A stretch of 64,000 nt of DNA from Candidatus Pacebacteria bacterium CG2_30_36_39. Its GTDB lineage: Bacteria > Patescibacteriota > Microgenomatia > UBA1400 > PJMF01. The position numbers were made by a program, and so were the translations under genes. The notes under the pieces were generated by a model. It was not told the DNA's origin. It ran no database searches and saw only the letters and a list, made by a program, of their open reading frames with translations. Of the stretch, positions 1 to 11,828 are shown piece after piece; position 1 is the stretch's first letter, and each line of letters begins with the position of its first letter. The stretch spans positions 15,573-79,572 of the forward strand of contig MNZB01000001.1 in assembly GCA_001873435.1 (NCBI GenBank). Reading direction: 5' to 3'.

Positions 1-1336
1 CAATGAAGACTCTGTTGGCATTGTGGTTATGGGAGATCCTCGCGGTATTGGTGTGGGTGATGTTGTCAGCCGAACCGGCCGCATTCTCTCTGTTGGCGTT
101 AGTGATGCAGTTCTTGGTAGAGTTGTTGATAGTTTAGGTCGTGCTATTGATGGTAAAGGCACTATTGCTATCAATAAATACATGCCTTTGGAAAAAATGG
201 CTCCTGGTGTTATGACCAGAAAATCAGTTTCTGTTCCTTTGCAAACAGGTATTAAGGCAGTTGATGCCATGATTCCTGTCGGTAGAGGCCAACGTGAATT
301 GATTATTGGTGATCGTTCAACTGGAAAAACAGCCATTGCTTTGGGCACTATTCTTAATCAAAAACAAGAAGATGTAATTTGTGTTTATGTTGCTATTGGT
401 CAAAAACGTGCTTCTGTGGCTCAAACCATGAAAACACTAGACGAAAATGGCGCTATGGACTATTCAATTGTTGTTTCTGCTAGCGCATCAGATAGTGCTG
501 CTGAACAGTTTTTAGCACCATATACTGGTTTAGCTATTGCAGAATATTTCTTAGAAAAAGGCAGAGATGTATTGGTGATTTATGATGACCTTTCCAAGCA
601 TGCTCAGGCTTATCGTGAAATCTCTCTTCTACTTCGTCGCCCAAGTGGTCGTGAAGCTTATCCTGGAGATGTTTTCTATTTGCACTCACGTTTATTGGAA
701 CGTGCCTGTCGTTTAAATGAAAATTTTGGTGGTGGTTCAATCACGGCATTGCCAATCATTGAGACTCAAGCTAATGACGTGTCTGCCTATATTCCTACTA
801 ACGTTATTTCTATTACTGATGGACAGATTTATCTTGAAGCTGATTTATTCAATGCTGGTATGAAACCAGCTATCAATGTTGGTTTATCAGTTTCTCGTGT
901 TGGTAGCTCTGCTCAACTCAAAGCGATGAAGCAAGTTGCTGGAACTATGAAACTTGATTTGGCACAGTTTAGAGAATTACAGGCATTTGCTCAATTTAGT
1001 TCTGATCTTGATGATCGTACTAAAAAAACTCTTGATCGTGGTGTCAGGGTCAATTCAGTTTTGAAACAAGGCTGGGACAAACCTCTAATCGTTGCAGAAC
1101 AAGTTGTTGTAATTTTTGCTGCTGTTAATGGTTTTCTTGATGAAGTTCAAGAAGAACTTGTGACTAAATGGGAAAAAGCTTATTTAGATTTTATGCACAC
1201 TACTCAGCAATCTTTACTTGATGAGATCATGCAAGAAAAGAAACTTTCTGATGAGATGATTAGTAAATTAAAAGAAGCAGTGACAGTCTTTAACGAACTT
1301 CATAAAGAAATGATGATTGTGAAGGACGAGGACTAA
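1..1336 (+). CDS. atpA: F0F1 ATP synthase subunit alpha. 5' end truncated by the window edge; frame continues from upstream.
   Basis: Walker A GDRSTGKT, a conserved alpha-subunit motif and the C-terminal region. Followed by gamma, beta and epsilon genes. Confidence 0.95.
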   Translation, partial: NEDSVGIVVMGDPRGIGVGDVVSRTGRILSVGVSDAVLGRVVDSLGRAIDGKGTIAINKYMPLEKMAPGVMTRKSVSVPLQTGIKAVDAMIPVGRGQRELIIGDRSTGKTAIALGTILNQKQEDVICVYVAIGQKRASVAQTMKTLDENGAMDYSIVVSASASDSAAEQFLAPYTGLAIAEYFLEKGRDVLVIYDDLSKHAQAYREISLLLRRPSGREAYPGDVFYLHSRLLERACRLNENFGGGSITALPIIETQANDVSAYIPTNVISITDGQIYLEADLFNAGMKPAINVGLSVSRVGSSAQLKAMKQVAGTMKLDLAQFRELQAFAQFSSDLDDRTKKTLDRGVRVNSVLKQGWDKPLIVAEQVVVIFAAVNGFLDEVQEELVTKWEKAYLDFMHTTQQSLLDEIMQEKKLSDEMISKLKEAVTVFNELHKEMMIVKDED

Positions 1337-1344
1337 ATAGGACT

Positions 1345-2220
1345 ATGGCGAATCAACGACAAGTCAAACGCCGTATTGGTACAGCTCAAAATATCTCTAA
1401 GATTACTAAAGCTATGGAGATGGTAGCTGCCAGTAAAATGAAGAAGGCTCAAGATCAGGCCTTGGCTGCTCGCCCCTACTCTCAAGCTTTATATGATTCT
1501 ATAGCCACAATTTCTCAGGTTTCAAAACTTAATTCTCATCCATTGCTTTCTACTCATGAAGCCGGAATTCCTATTGTTGTTGTTGTTGGAACGGATAAAG
1601 GTTTATGTGGAGCTTTGAATGGTAATTTGATGAAGCAACTTTTTGTTTGGAAAAAACAACATAAGGATGGCGAGGTAATAGCTATTGGAAAAAAAGCTGT
1701 TTTAGCTGCTAGAGCTTTGGATATGACAGTCCATGCTCAATTTACTCAAATTGCTGAGCAAGTTACGACCGTTGACATTGTTCCTCTTACTACCTTGGTT
1801 TTGAATGGTTTTTCTAGTCAAAAATTTCACTCAGTTGATGTTTTATATACTGATTTTATTAATACCCTCTCTCAAAAACCAAAGCAAGCTCCTTTATTGC
1901 CTATCTCAAGAACATTCAAGCCTGATGTTGTAGAAGAGAGAGTTGATGAAAAAATGCCAGCCAAAGACTATACTTTTGAACCAGATCCAAAACAAATTTT
2001 AAATAGCTTACTTCCCTTCTATTTGGAAAATACTATTTTCCATTCATTTTTAGAAGCTAAGGCTAGTGAGCATAGCGCTCGTATGGTTGCAATGAAGAAT
2101 GCTAGTGAAAATGCTGGCGAACTCGTCGAAGAACTTAAATTGGTATATAACAAGACTCGTCAGCAGGGTATTACCACCGAACTGTTGGATATTATCTCTG
2201 CAACAATGTCTTTAAGTTAG
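1345..2220 (+). CDS. atpG: F0F1 ATP synthase subunit gamma
   Basis: 291 aa; lies between alpha and beta; conserved C-terminal helix ...ITTELLDIISA. Confidence 0.88.
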   Translation: MANQRQVKRRIGTAQNISKITKAMEMVAASKMKKAQDQALAARPYSQALYDSIATISQVSKLNSHPLLSTHEAGIPIVVVVGTDKGLCGALNGNLMKQLFVWKKQHKDGEVIAIGKKAVLAARALDMTVHAQFTQIAEQVTTVDIVPLTTLVLNGFSSQKFHSVDVLYTDFINTLSQKPKQAPLLPISRTFKPDVVEERVDEKMPAKDYTFEPDPKQILNSLLPFYLENTIFHSFLEAKASEHSARMVAMKNASENAGELVEELKLVYNKTRQQGITTELLDIISATMSLS

Positions 2221-2225
2221 AATAA

Positions 2226-3638
<1,413 letters not shown>

Positions 3639-3639
3639 C

Positions 3640-4059
3640 ATGAGAAAATTTAACCTTCGCATTGTTTCACAAGAAAGAGAGCTACTTTTAACTGAAGTAG
3701 AATCTGTTTCTTTGCCAACAGTTGAAGGTGAGATTACTGTTCTATTTAAGCATATTCCTCTTTTTACTCAGTTAAAAACAGGAGTAATTGTTTATCGTAA
3801 TGGTGATGAAGAAACTAGTGCAGTTGTTTCAACCGGATTTGCTAATGTTTCCCCAACAGGAGAAGTAACAGTGATGGTTGATAGCGGTGTTTTAGCTCGT
3901 GACATCAGTCTTGAAAAGGCTGAGCAGGCAGTTAAAGCAGCCCATGAAACAATGAAAACTACTCAAAATCAAAGAGAATTAATTATGGCTGAAGCTTCAT
4001 TGCGACAAGCAATGCTTGAAATTAAAGTGGCCCAAAAAACCCATAAATCTAAGATCTGA
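3640..4059 (+). CDS. atpC: F0F1 ATP synthase subunit epsilon
   Basis: 139 aa beta-sandwich plus helical hairpin, immediately after atpD. Confidence 0.85.
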   Translation: MRKFNLRIVSQERELLLTEVESVSLPTVEGEITVLFKHIPLFTQLKTGVIVYRNGDEETSAVVSTGFANVSPTGEVTVMVDSGVLARDISLEKAEQAVKAAHETMKTTQNQRELIMAEASLRQAMLEIKVAQKTHKSKI

Positions 4060-4067
4060 TAATCTAC

Positions 4068-4097
4068 TTGCCACATCTCAAAAAGGCTCTATACTAG
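4068..4097 (+). promoter_or_regulatory. Candidate sigma70 promoter for greA (TTGCCA-N16-TATACT).
   Basis: Hexamers read directly; 7-8 nt upstream of the greA Shine-Dalgarno/ATG region. Confidence 0.3.
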
Positions 4098-4104
4098 GCA
4101 CATT

Positions 4105-4578
4105 ATGGCAAATGACAAAATCCAATTGACCCAAGAAGGTCTTGGGGAATTACAGGCTGAACTCAAACAGCTTAAAGAAGTTAAACTTCCTAAAGTAATT
4201 GCTCGAGTTTCTTCAGCTCGTGAACAAGGCGATCTCTCTGAGAACGCTGATTATCACAGCGCAAAAGAAGAACAGAACTTTACTGAAACTCGTATTTCTG
4301 AGATTGAAGATATTCTTTCTAGAGGTACTGTTGTTAAAGGTACCAAAAATACTTCTAAGGTTGGCATTGGTTCTCATGTTGAAGTTTCTATTGTTGGCAA
4401 AGCTGGAAAAACTTTTACCTATGAAATTGTTGGGGAATTTGAAGCTGATCCTGAAGAGGGAAAGATTTCCTCTGTTTCTCCACTGGGCAAATCTCTCTTG
4501 GGTAAGAAAAAGGGAGACTCTATCTCAGTAAAAGCACCCATGGGGGAAATTGTTTACAAAATCGAAGAAATAAAATAG
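4105..4578 (+). CDS. greA: Transcription elongation factor GreA
   Basis: N-terminal coiled coil with the acidic tip, C-terminal FKBP-like domain, 157 aa. Confidence 0.9.
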   Translation: MANDKIQLTQEGLGELQAELKQLKEVKLPKVIARVSSAREQGDLSENADYHSAKEEQNFTETRISEIEDILSRGTVVKGTKNTSKVGIGSHVEVSIVGKAGKTFTYEIVGEFEADPEEGKISSVSPLGKSLLGKKKGDSISVKAPMGEIVYKIEEIK

Positions 4579-4602
4579 GAAAAACCAAAAAAAACAATCA
4601 GA

Positions 4603-4628
4603 ATCCCCCGCCAAGACGGGGGATTTTC
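4603..4628 (+). terminator. Rho-independent terminator after greA
   Basis: atcccccg-ccaaga-cgggggat hairpin followed by TTTT. Confidence 0.7.
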
Positions 4629-4660
4629 GTTATACAATAATCAGGTTAACAAGGAAAAAA

Positions 4661-6328
4661 ATGGCACAAACACTACTACAATCACAACATTGGCTGGATA
4701 AATTAGCTCAGGGTATTTTGCGTTGGCAAGAAAAACATCCAGAGTTACAACTCCATGTAGATGATATGAAAACCCCTTCAGGAAGAGTTCACACTGGTTC
4801 ATTGCGTGGTGTGATGCTTCATGATGCTATTGCTAAGGTTCTGAGCGAAAAAACAGACCAAAAAATTGTTAGCACTTACGTTTTTAATGATATGGATCCA
4901 ATGGATGGTTTACCAGGGTATTTGGAAAAAGAAGAATACGATCAGCATATGGGCAAACCAATGTTCATGATTCCTACTCCACCATTGGAAAAATCAGGTT
5001 TAGATATTAGTAAAATTTCTGCAGAAGAAAAACAGCGTTTTCAAAATGCTAAAAACTTTGCCGAATTCTATGCTTATGATTTTATTGATGCATTTCGTAA
5101 ATTAGGCTGCGATCAAGAGATTATTTGGAGTCATGAGCTTTATCAGGCTGGCAAAATGGATGGGGTTATTAAAACAGCCTTAGACAATGTAGAAGAAATC
5201 AAGCGAGTTTATAAAGAAGTGGCTGATTATGATTTACCAACAAACTGGTTTCCTTTCCAAGTGATTTGTCCTCAGTGCGGTAAGCTGGGTACTACTTTGA
5301 CAACTGATTGGGATGGTCAAGAGGTGAGCTTTGAGTGTCAACCTCATAAGGTAACTTGGGCTCAAGGTTGTGGTTATTCTGGCAAAATTAGTCCTTTTGG
5401 TGGTAATGGCAAATTGCTTTGGAAAGTAGATTGGCCTGCCCATTGGACGGTACTTGGAATTACTATTGAAGGAGCTGGTAAAGACCACACTTCAGCCGGT
5501 GGTTCAAGAGATATGGCTAACCAATTAATGGAACATATTTTCAAAACTCAAACTCCCTTTGATGTCCCTTATGAGTGGATTTTGATTCGTGGAGCTAAAA
5601 TGAGTTCCAGTAAAGGTGTTGGTACTTCAGCTAGAGAATTTGTTGAGCTTTTTCCAGCAGAAATAGGACGTTATTTGTTTGTTAGTAAAAACTACAACCA
5701 AGTAATTGATTTTGATCCAAATACCATGGCAATTCCAGATTTATTTGATGAATATGATCAAGCAGCAAGAATCCATTGGGAGCAAGAGGTTGGTGATGAG
5801 AGAATGGCTAGAGCTTTTGTTCTTTCTCAAGTAAAGGAATCAAACATAGCTCCACATTTCTTGCCTCGTTTTAGAGATATAGCTACTTGGATGCAACAAC
5901 CAGAATTGAATTTAGTGGAAAAATTTGCTGAAATAAAAGGCAGTGCTTTAACAATAGAAGAACAAGAAGAACTAACTAATCGTGTTCATTATGCCAAAAT
6001 TTGGGTTGAACGCTATGCGCCAGAAGAATATCAATTGAGTTTTAGACCAGGTGTTATTCCTGAAAGTGCTAGTTCTTTAACTGTAGAGCAAAAAGAATAT
6101 TTGTTGGTTGTTGATAAGTTAATTGATAGTAAAAATTGGCAACCAGCAGAACTTCAACAAGCTCTATTTGATTTAGCTAAAGAAACAGTGGGGGCCAAAC
6201 AAGCTTTTCAAGCAATTTATCTGGCTTTTTTGGGTAAAAAATCAGGTCCAAGAGCTGGTTGGTTCTTATTATCAATTAATAGCGAAGATCGAAAAAATCA
6301 TCTTAATCAACTGGAAATAAAGGTTTAA
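4661..6328 (+). CDS. lysK: Lysyl-tRNA synthetase, class I (archaeal-type LysRS-I)
   Basis: HIGH-like PSGRVHTGSLRG and KMSKS-like KMSSSKG motifs; 555 aa, typical of LysRS-I. Confidence 0.85.
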   Translation: MAQTLLQSQHWLDKLAQGILRWQEKHPELQLHVDDMKTPSGRVHTGSLRGVMLHDAIAKVLSEKTDQKIVSTYVFNDMDPMDGLPGYLEKEEYDQHMGKPMFMIPTPPLEKSGLDISKISAEEKQRFQNAKNFAEFYAYDFIDAFRKLGCDQEIIWSHELYQAGKMDGVIKTALDNVEEIKRVYKEVADYDLPTNWFPFQVICPQCGKLGTTLTTDWDGQEVSFECQPHKVTWAQGCGYSGKISPFGGNGKLLWKVDWPAHWTVLGITIEGAGKDHTSAGGSRDMANQLMEHIFKTQTPFDVPYEWILIRGAKMSSSKGVGTSAREFVELFPAEIGRYLFVSKNYNQVIDFDPNTMAIPDLFDEYDQAARIHWEQEVGDERMARAFVLSQVKESNIAPHFLPRFRDIATWMQQPELNLVEKFAEIKGSALTIEEQEELTNRVHYAKIWVERYAPEEYQLSFRPGVIPESASSLTVEQKEYLLVVDKLIDSKNWQPAELQQALFDLAKETVGAKQAFQAIYLAFLGKKSGPRAGWFLLSINSEDRKNHLNQLEIKV

Positions 6329-6330
6329 TT

Positions 6331-6861
6331 ATGGCAACCAGATTAGAATCACAAGACTTAGTTAAAAAATATATTAAAAATGATGCATTACTACATCATT
6401 GTCAAATGGTTGCTCAAGCAATGGAAGCCTACGCCAAACAGTTGGGTGAAGATGAAGATTTATGGTATCAAACAGGCTTATTACATGATCTAGACTGGGA
6501 AATGTATCCAGATGAACATCCTAATCGTGCCGTAAATGAAATTTTAAAAGATTATCCCAAAGAGATGCTCGCAGCTATTTTAGCTCATGCGCCAGGAAGA
6601 ACTGGTAAACAACCGACAGCTACTTTGGAAAAATATCTTTTTGCTTGTGACGAACTCTCTGGTTTAATGCATGCAGTTTCTTTGATGAGACCCAATGGTT
6701 TTGCTGATATGGAAGTAAAATCAGTTAAAAAGAAAATTAAAGACAAATCTTTCGCTGCTAATGTTAGTAGAGAAGATATTACTAATGGTTTTACTTTAAT
6801 TGGTAAAAATCCAGATGAGCACATATCATTTCTTATTGAAGTATTTAAAAGGGGGGAATAA
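6331..6861 (+). CDS. HD-domain phosphohydrolase (small YqeK/HDIG-like)
   Basis: The H...HD metal-binding signature of HD domains is present; 176 aa. Confidence 0.55.
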   Translation: MATRLESQDLVKKYIKNDALLHHCQMVAQAMEAYAKQLGEDEDLWYQTGLLHDLDWEMYPDEHPNRAVNEILKDYPKEMLAAILAHAPGRTGKQPTATLEKYLFACDELSGLMHAVSLMRPNGFADMEVKSVKKKIKDKSFAANVSREDITNGFTLIGKNPDEHISFLIEVFKRGE

Positions 6862-6863
6862 AT

Positions 6864-8135
6864 ATGTTGGATATTGCCTACATTCGGGAAAATCCTGACA
6901 AATTGAGAGAAGCTTGTAAGAATAAGCAACTCGATTCTTCTGTTGTTGATAATGTTTTAGCCATTGATGAAAAAAGAAGAGCACTGATTGCTGGAGTTCA
7001 AGAGTTGCGTAAAAAGGCTAATCAAGTAGCTGATCAAGTAAAAGTTGCCGTTGCTCAGGGTGGCAAGCCATCAGTTGAAGCAATTGAACAAGGCAAAGCT
7101 ATAAAAGCTCAACTCAAAGAATTGGAACCAGAATTAAAGGTTATCGAGGAAGAATTTACTGAAGCTATGTTGCAGGTACCAAATGTACCAGCAATAGATG
7201 TGCCAGTTGGTCCAAATGAATCTGGAAATCAGATAACTCGGATTGAGGGAGAGCTACCAAAATTTGATTTTACTCCCCTAGCCCATCAAGAATTAATGGA
7301 AAAATTAAATTTATTGGATACCAAAAAAGCAGTCCAAATTGCTGGTTTTAGAGGCTATTTTCTTAAAGGTGATGGTTTGCTTTTAGAACGAGCTTTATTG
7401 GATTATTCATTAGATGTGATGATTAAACATGGTTTTGAACCAATGAGTGCTCCAGTCCTTGTTAAAAAAGAAGCAATGGTTGGCACTGGCTATTTTCCTT
7501 GGGGCAATGAAGATCATTATCGTACTCAGGATGATACTATTTTAGCTGGTACAGCTGAAGTAGCCTTAACAGCCTACCACATGGGCGAAACTCTAACAGA
7601 AAAAGATTTGCCAATTAAAATGGTTGGTATTTCTCCTTGTTTCCGTAGAGAAGTTGGTTCGTATGGCAAAGACACTCAGGGAATTGTTCGTGTTCATCAA
7701 TTTAACAAGGTTGAACAAGTAGTTTATACCATTGCGGATGAAGAAGTTACTCGTGAGTGGCACCAAAAAATGATTGGTTATTCAGAAGAAATCTTAAAAG
7801 GCCTGGGTCTTTCATATCAAGTTTTATTAATGTGTACTGGTGACATGGGTGCTGGTCAAAGAAAAAAATATGATATTGAAACTTGGTTCCCAGCTCAAAG
7901 TAAATATAGAGAAACTCATTCAGCAAGCTATTTCAATGATTTTCAATCAAGAAGGTTGAATATTCGTTATCAAGCACAGGATGGAACTTTAAAGCATGTT
8001 TATACCTTAAATAATACTGTTGCTGCCTCTCCAAGATTGCTGGCTGCAGTGGTTGAAAACTATCAACAAGCTGATGGAAGTATTAAAGTTCCAGAAGTCT
8101 TGCAATCATATCTTAAAAAAGAAGTTATTCGTTAA
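6864..8135 (+). CDS. serS: Seryl-tRNA synthetase
   Basis: N-terminal coiled-coil arm, class II core motifs, 423 aa. Confidence 0.93.
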   Translation: MLDIAYIRENPDKLREACKNKQLDSSVVDNVLAIDEKRRALIAGVQELRKKANQVADQVKVAVAQGGKPSVEAIEQGKAIKAQLKELEPELKVIEEEFTEAMLQVPNVPAIDVPVGPNESGNQITRIEGELPKFDFTPLAHQELMEKLNLLDTKKAVQIAGFRGYFLKGDGLLLERALLDYSLDVMIKHGFEPMSAPVLVKKEAMVGTGYFPWGNEDHYRTQDDTILAGTAEVALTAYHMGETLTEKDLPIKMVGISPCFRREVGSYGKDTQGIVRVHQFNKVEQVVYTIADEEVTREWHQKMIGYSEEILKGLGLSYQVLLMCTGDMGAGQRKKYDIETWFPAQSKYRETHSASYFNDFQSRRLNIRYQAQDGTLKHVYTLNNTVAASPRLLAAVVENYQQADGSIKVPEVLQSYLKKEVIR

Positions 8136-8147
8136 ATTGGTAATTAG

Positions 8148-8834
8148 TTGATGTCTAAAATCCTGCTCTTTTCTGATTCTCATCTACACCCCCCTATTTT
8201 TAAAAAGGCATACTTTGATCGTCTAGTAAATCTGATTGAGCAAGCTGATCAAGTGATAATTAATGGTGATTTTTGGGAAGGTTATTTTTATAGTTTTGAT
8301 CAATTTGTTAACTCAAAATGGAATCAGCTTTTTCCGTTATTAAAACAAAAACACACAATTTATCTTCCAGGAAATCATGATCTAATGAGTAAGTTGGACA
8401 AGAGAACCAATCTTTTTTCAAGTGCAGTAGTGGAGAGTTATGAATTTAGTTCTGGTGGTAAAAACTTTATTTGTTTACATGGAAATAAATATATTGAAAG
8501 TCCAAGTCAAAACTCTTTGTTAATGAGAAATAAATTTCTTTTGGGACTATTTTATTCTATTTATTATTTTGGTTTTTGGATTTTAGGTGATAATTTTTGG
8601 AAAATATATGAATTTGAAAATGCTCGTTTAAGAATGGTTCAAAAAAAATATTTTTCTGATAAAACCTTAATTACTGGTCATACTCATTTAGCAGAGATAT
8701 CAAAGAACTTTATTAATTCTGGTTTAATGACTTTTGGTTTTTTTCAATACATTTGGATAGAAGATGGTCAGGTAAGACAATATAAAGAGCGAACCAGCAG
8801 TGTTTGGCAGTTGATTTTTGGTGAAGAAAAATAG
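8148..8834 (+). CDS. Calcineurin-like metallophosphoesterase
   Basis: Metal-ligand motifs DSHLH, GDFWEG and GNHD. Confidence 0.7.
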   Translation: MMSKILLFSDSHLHPPIFKKAYFDRLVNLIEQADQVIINGDFWEGYFYSFDQFVNSKWNQLFPLLKQKHTIYLPGNHDLMSKLDKRTNLFSSAVVESYEFSSGGKNFICLHGNKYIESPSQNSLLMRNKFLLGLFYSIYYFGFWILGDNFWKIYEFENARLRMVQKKYFSDKTLITGHTHLAEISKNFINSGLMTFGFFQYIWIEDGQVRQYKERTSSVWQLIFGEEK

Positions 8835-8879
8835 TTTTTCGTCTGAAAAAATAAGCTCTTTGATCTATAATGAACCCCT

Positions 8880-11825
8880 ATGTTGAAGTTTTTTGCCTCT
8901 CTATTTGACGAGAATAAAAAGAGTCTCGACTCTTACCAAAAAATTGTTCTCCAAGTTAATGATTTTGAATCAGAAATCAAACAACTTTCAGATACCAAGT
9001 TAGCTGCCCAAACAAAGAAATTTAAAGCCAGAATAGAAGAAGTTCGTTCTCAAGTTGAGCCTGGTAATGCTGAGGCAATGAATGCTGCTGAGGCAAGAGT
9101 GCTTGATGAATTATTACCAGAGGCATTTGCAACAGTTCGTGAAGTTTCTCGTCGTGTTTTGGGTATGCGCCATTATGACGTTCAATTATTAGCTGGAATT
9201 GCTCTTCATAAGAAAAATATTACTGAACAAAAAACTGGTGAAGGTAAGACTTTAACAGTTACCGCTCCCTTATATCTCAATGCTTTGCTTGAAAAAGGTT
9301 CTCATTTAGTGACTGTTAATGATTATTTGGCAGAAGTTGGTGTTGGTTGGATGGGACCTGTTTATCATTTTTTGGGCATGAAAACTTCAGTCATTGTTCA
9401 TGATCATTCAAGATTATTCGATCCTAGTGTTGATAGCGAAGAACGAGGTGATGAACGCTTGGAACATTTTGTGGAAATTCCTCGACAAGACGCTTATGCC
9501 GCAGATATTACTTATGGTACTAATAACGAATTTGGCTTTGACTATTTACGTGACAACATGGTCCAAACCTTAAGTGGCATGGTTCAACGTCAAGATACTC
9601 CTCATCATTTTGTAATCGTTGATGAGGCTGATTCAATTTTAATTGATGAAGCCAGAACTCCTTTAATTATCTCTGCTCCTGATACTGAACCAACTCAAAA
9701 ATATTACGATGCTGCTCATATGGTTAAGTCTTTAGTTCAAGATCAAGACTATGTAGTAGATGAAAAATCTCGCAGTGTTACTTTAACTGATTTGGGTGTG
9801 AAACGCATGGAACAAAAGCTTGGTGTTAAGAACTTGTATGAAGAAAGTTTTGATACTATTCATCATGTTGAATCAGCTTTGAAAGCAATGACTTTGTATC
9901 ATCGAGATACTGAGTATATCGTTCGCGATAATCAGGTGGTAATTGTTGATGAACACACTGGTCGCTTAATGTATGGACGACGTTATTCTGATGGCTTGCA
10001 CCAATCTATTGAGGCCAAAGAAAATGTGCCAATTCAGCAAGAATCTAGAACTTTAGCAACTATCTCTATCCAGAATTATTTTAGACTTTATCACAAGCTT
10101 TCTGGTATGACTGGTACTGCTGCTACAGAATCTGAAGAATTTAATACTATCTATGGTGTTAATGTTTTAACCATTCCCACTCATCGAGAAGTAATTCGTC
10201 AAGATCGATCTGACGTTGTTTATAAAACTACTGCCGCTAAGTACTCTGCGATTGCGAGAGCGGTTGAAGAGTTACACGCCGAAGGAAGACCAATTTTAAT
10301 TGGTACTCGTTCTATTGAGCACAATCAAATTATCTCTCAATTTTTACAACGTAAAAAAATTACTCATCAAGTTTTAAATGCTAAAAACAATGAAAAAGAA
10401 GCTTTTATTATTGCTGATGCAGGTAAAAAGGGTGCTATCACTGTAGCAACAAATATTGCTGGTCGTGGCGTTGACATCGTACTTGGTGGTTCTACTCCGG
10501 AACTAAAAGATTTTCGCAAAAAAACTTTAACAAAGAAAAAAGAAAAACTTTCTAAAGAATTTGAAAATTTGTATTTACCAACTAATATTAATCCAGCAAA
10601 CTACAAGCTTAAGGAATATGCTGCTGCCGTTAAACGTTGGCAAGAAGCACATGACGAGGTAGTAGAAATTGGTGGCTTACATATCATTGGTACCGAGCGT
10701 CACGAATCAAGACGTATCGACAATCAGCTTCGCGGCCGTGCTGGACGTCAGGGCGATCCAGGTTCTTCACAATTTTTTGTTTCGTTAGCTGACGATGTAA
10801 TGCGTATTTTTGGTGGTGAGCAAATTTCTAAGGTGATGGATTTTTTGAAAATTGAAGAAGATCAACCCATTGAACATGCCATGGTTGGTAAATCTTTAGA
10901 GTCTGCTCAAGTTAAGGTTGAAGGATTTTTCTTTGATCAACGCAAGCGTTTGGTTGAGTTTGACGATGTAATGAATAAACACCGTGAAATTCTTTATACT
11001 CGCCGTCGCAGTTTATTAGAAGCTAGCGAAGCTGAAACGGGAGAAGATTTAAGAGAGCAAATTAAAGAGTATTTGATTAATGAAATTAATTCATTAGTTT
11101 CATTACATATGAGTAATGGTTTTACAGATGAATCTTACCGCAGTCTAATTAAAGATTTCATTAAGCTTATTCCATTTGATGAAAACTCCCAAGCTCGTTT
11201 GCAAAAAGATTTGCTTAAGTTGGAAACAGAAACAGAAATAATTGATCGCTTGCAAGATATTATTGAAAAAACCTATGATTCTCGTCGCGAAATTCTTGGC
11301 GATGACCAACTTCGTTATGTAGAAAAAATGGTGGTTTTATCTACCGTCGATGAACAATGGATGGATCATTTAGATGAAATAGATAGTTTGCGAGAAGGTA
11401 TTTGGTTGAGAGGTGATAAGAAAACTGTTTTATCTGAATATAAAAAAGAAGCTTTTATTATGTTTGAAAAATTAGTAGCAAATATTGAAAGTACAATTGC
11501 CAATCGTATTTTCCGTGTTCACCCAGTTAATAGACCAATTCAACCCGTTATACCTCAAAATATTCAATTAAGAAAAGATGATGTTAATGAGAGTTTGGCA
11601 AAAGAAGTTGCTGATGCTGCCACACCCATTCCAGCTTCGGCACCACAGAAGAAAAAGGGTTCATTGGGGGACTTGGCTCAAGCATTGAGTAGTGCCAAAG
11701 GTGGATCAACCCCACAGCCTGGATCTAAACAAGCTAAAATTAATCGCAATGATCCATGTCCATGTGGCAGTGGGTTGAAATATAAAAAATGTGGTTTGAT
11801 TAACTCTTCCAAACACTTAGGTTGA
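8880..11825 (+). CDS. secA: Preprotein translocase ATPase SecA
   Basis: 981 aa; DEAD-like motor motifs (DEADS-type DEADSILIDEARTPLIIS); C-terminal CPCGSGLKYKKCG zinc motif. Confidence 0.95.
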   Translation: MLKFFASLFDENKKSLDSYQKIVLQVNDFESEIKQLSDTKLAAQTKKFKARIEEVRSQVEPGNAEAMNAAEARVLDELLPEAFATVREVSRRVLGMRHYDVQLLAGIALHKKNITEQKTGEGKTLTVTAPLYLNALLEKGSHLVTVNDYLAEVGVGWMGPVYHFLGMKTSVIVHDHSRLFDPSVDSEERGDERLEHFVEIPRQDAYAADITYGTNNEFGFDYLRDNMVQTLSGMVQRQDTPHHFVIVDEADSILIDEARTPLIISAPDTEPTQKYYDAAHMVKSLVQDQDYVVDEKSRSVTLTDLGVKRMEQKLGVKNLYEESFDTIHHVESALKAMTLYHRDTEYIVRDNQVVIVDEHTGRLMYGRRYSDGLHQSIEAKENVPIQQESRTLATISIQNYFRLYHKLSGMTGTAATESEEFNTIYGVNVLTIPTHREVIRQDRSDVVYKTTAAKYSAIARAVEELHAEGRPILIGTRSIEHNQIISQFLQRKKITHQVLNAKNNEKEAFIIADAGKKGAITVATNIAGRGVDIVLGGSTPELKDFRKKTLTKKKEKLSKEFENLYLPTNINPANYKLKEYAAAVKRWQEAHDEVVEIGGLHIIGTERHESRRIDNQLRGRAGRQGDPGSSQFFVSLADDVMRIFGGEQISKVMDFLKIEEDQPIEHAMVGKSLESAQVKVEGFFFDQRKRLVEFDDVMNKHREILYTRRRSLLEASEAETGEDLREQIKEYLINEINSLVSLHMSNGFTDESYRSLIKDFIKLIPFDENSQARLQKDLLKLETETEIIDRLQDIIEKTYDSRREILGDDQLRYVEKMVVLSTVDEQWMDHLDEIDSLREGIWLRGDKKTVLSEYKKEAFIMFEKLVANIESTIANRIFRVHPVNRPIQPVIPQNIQLRKDDVNESLAKEVADAATPIPASAPQKKKGSLGDLAQALSSAKGGSTPQPGSKQAKINRNDPCPCGSGLKYKKCGLINSSKHLG

Positions 11826-11828
11826 TTT

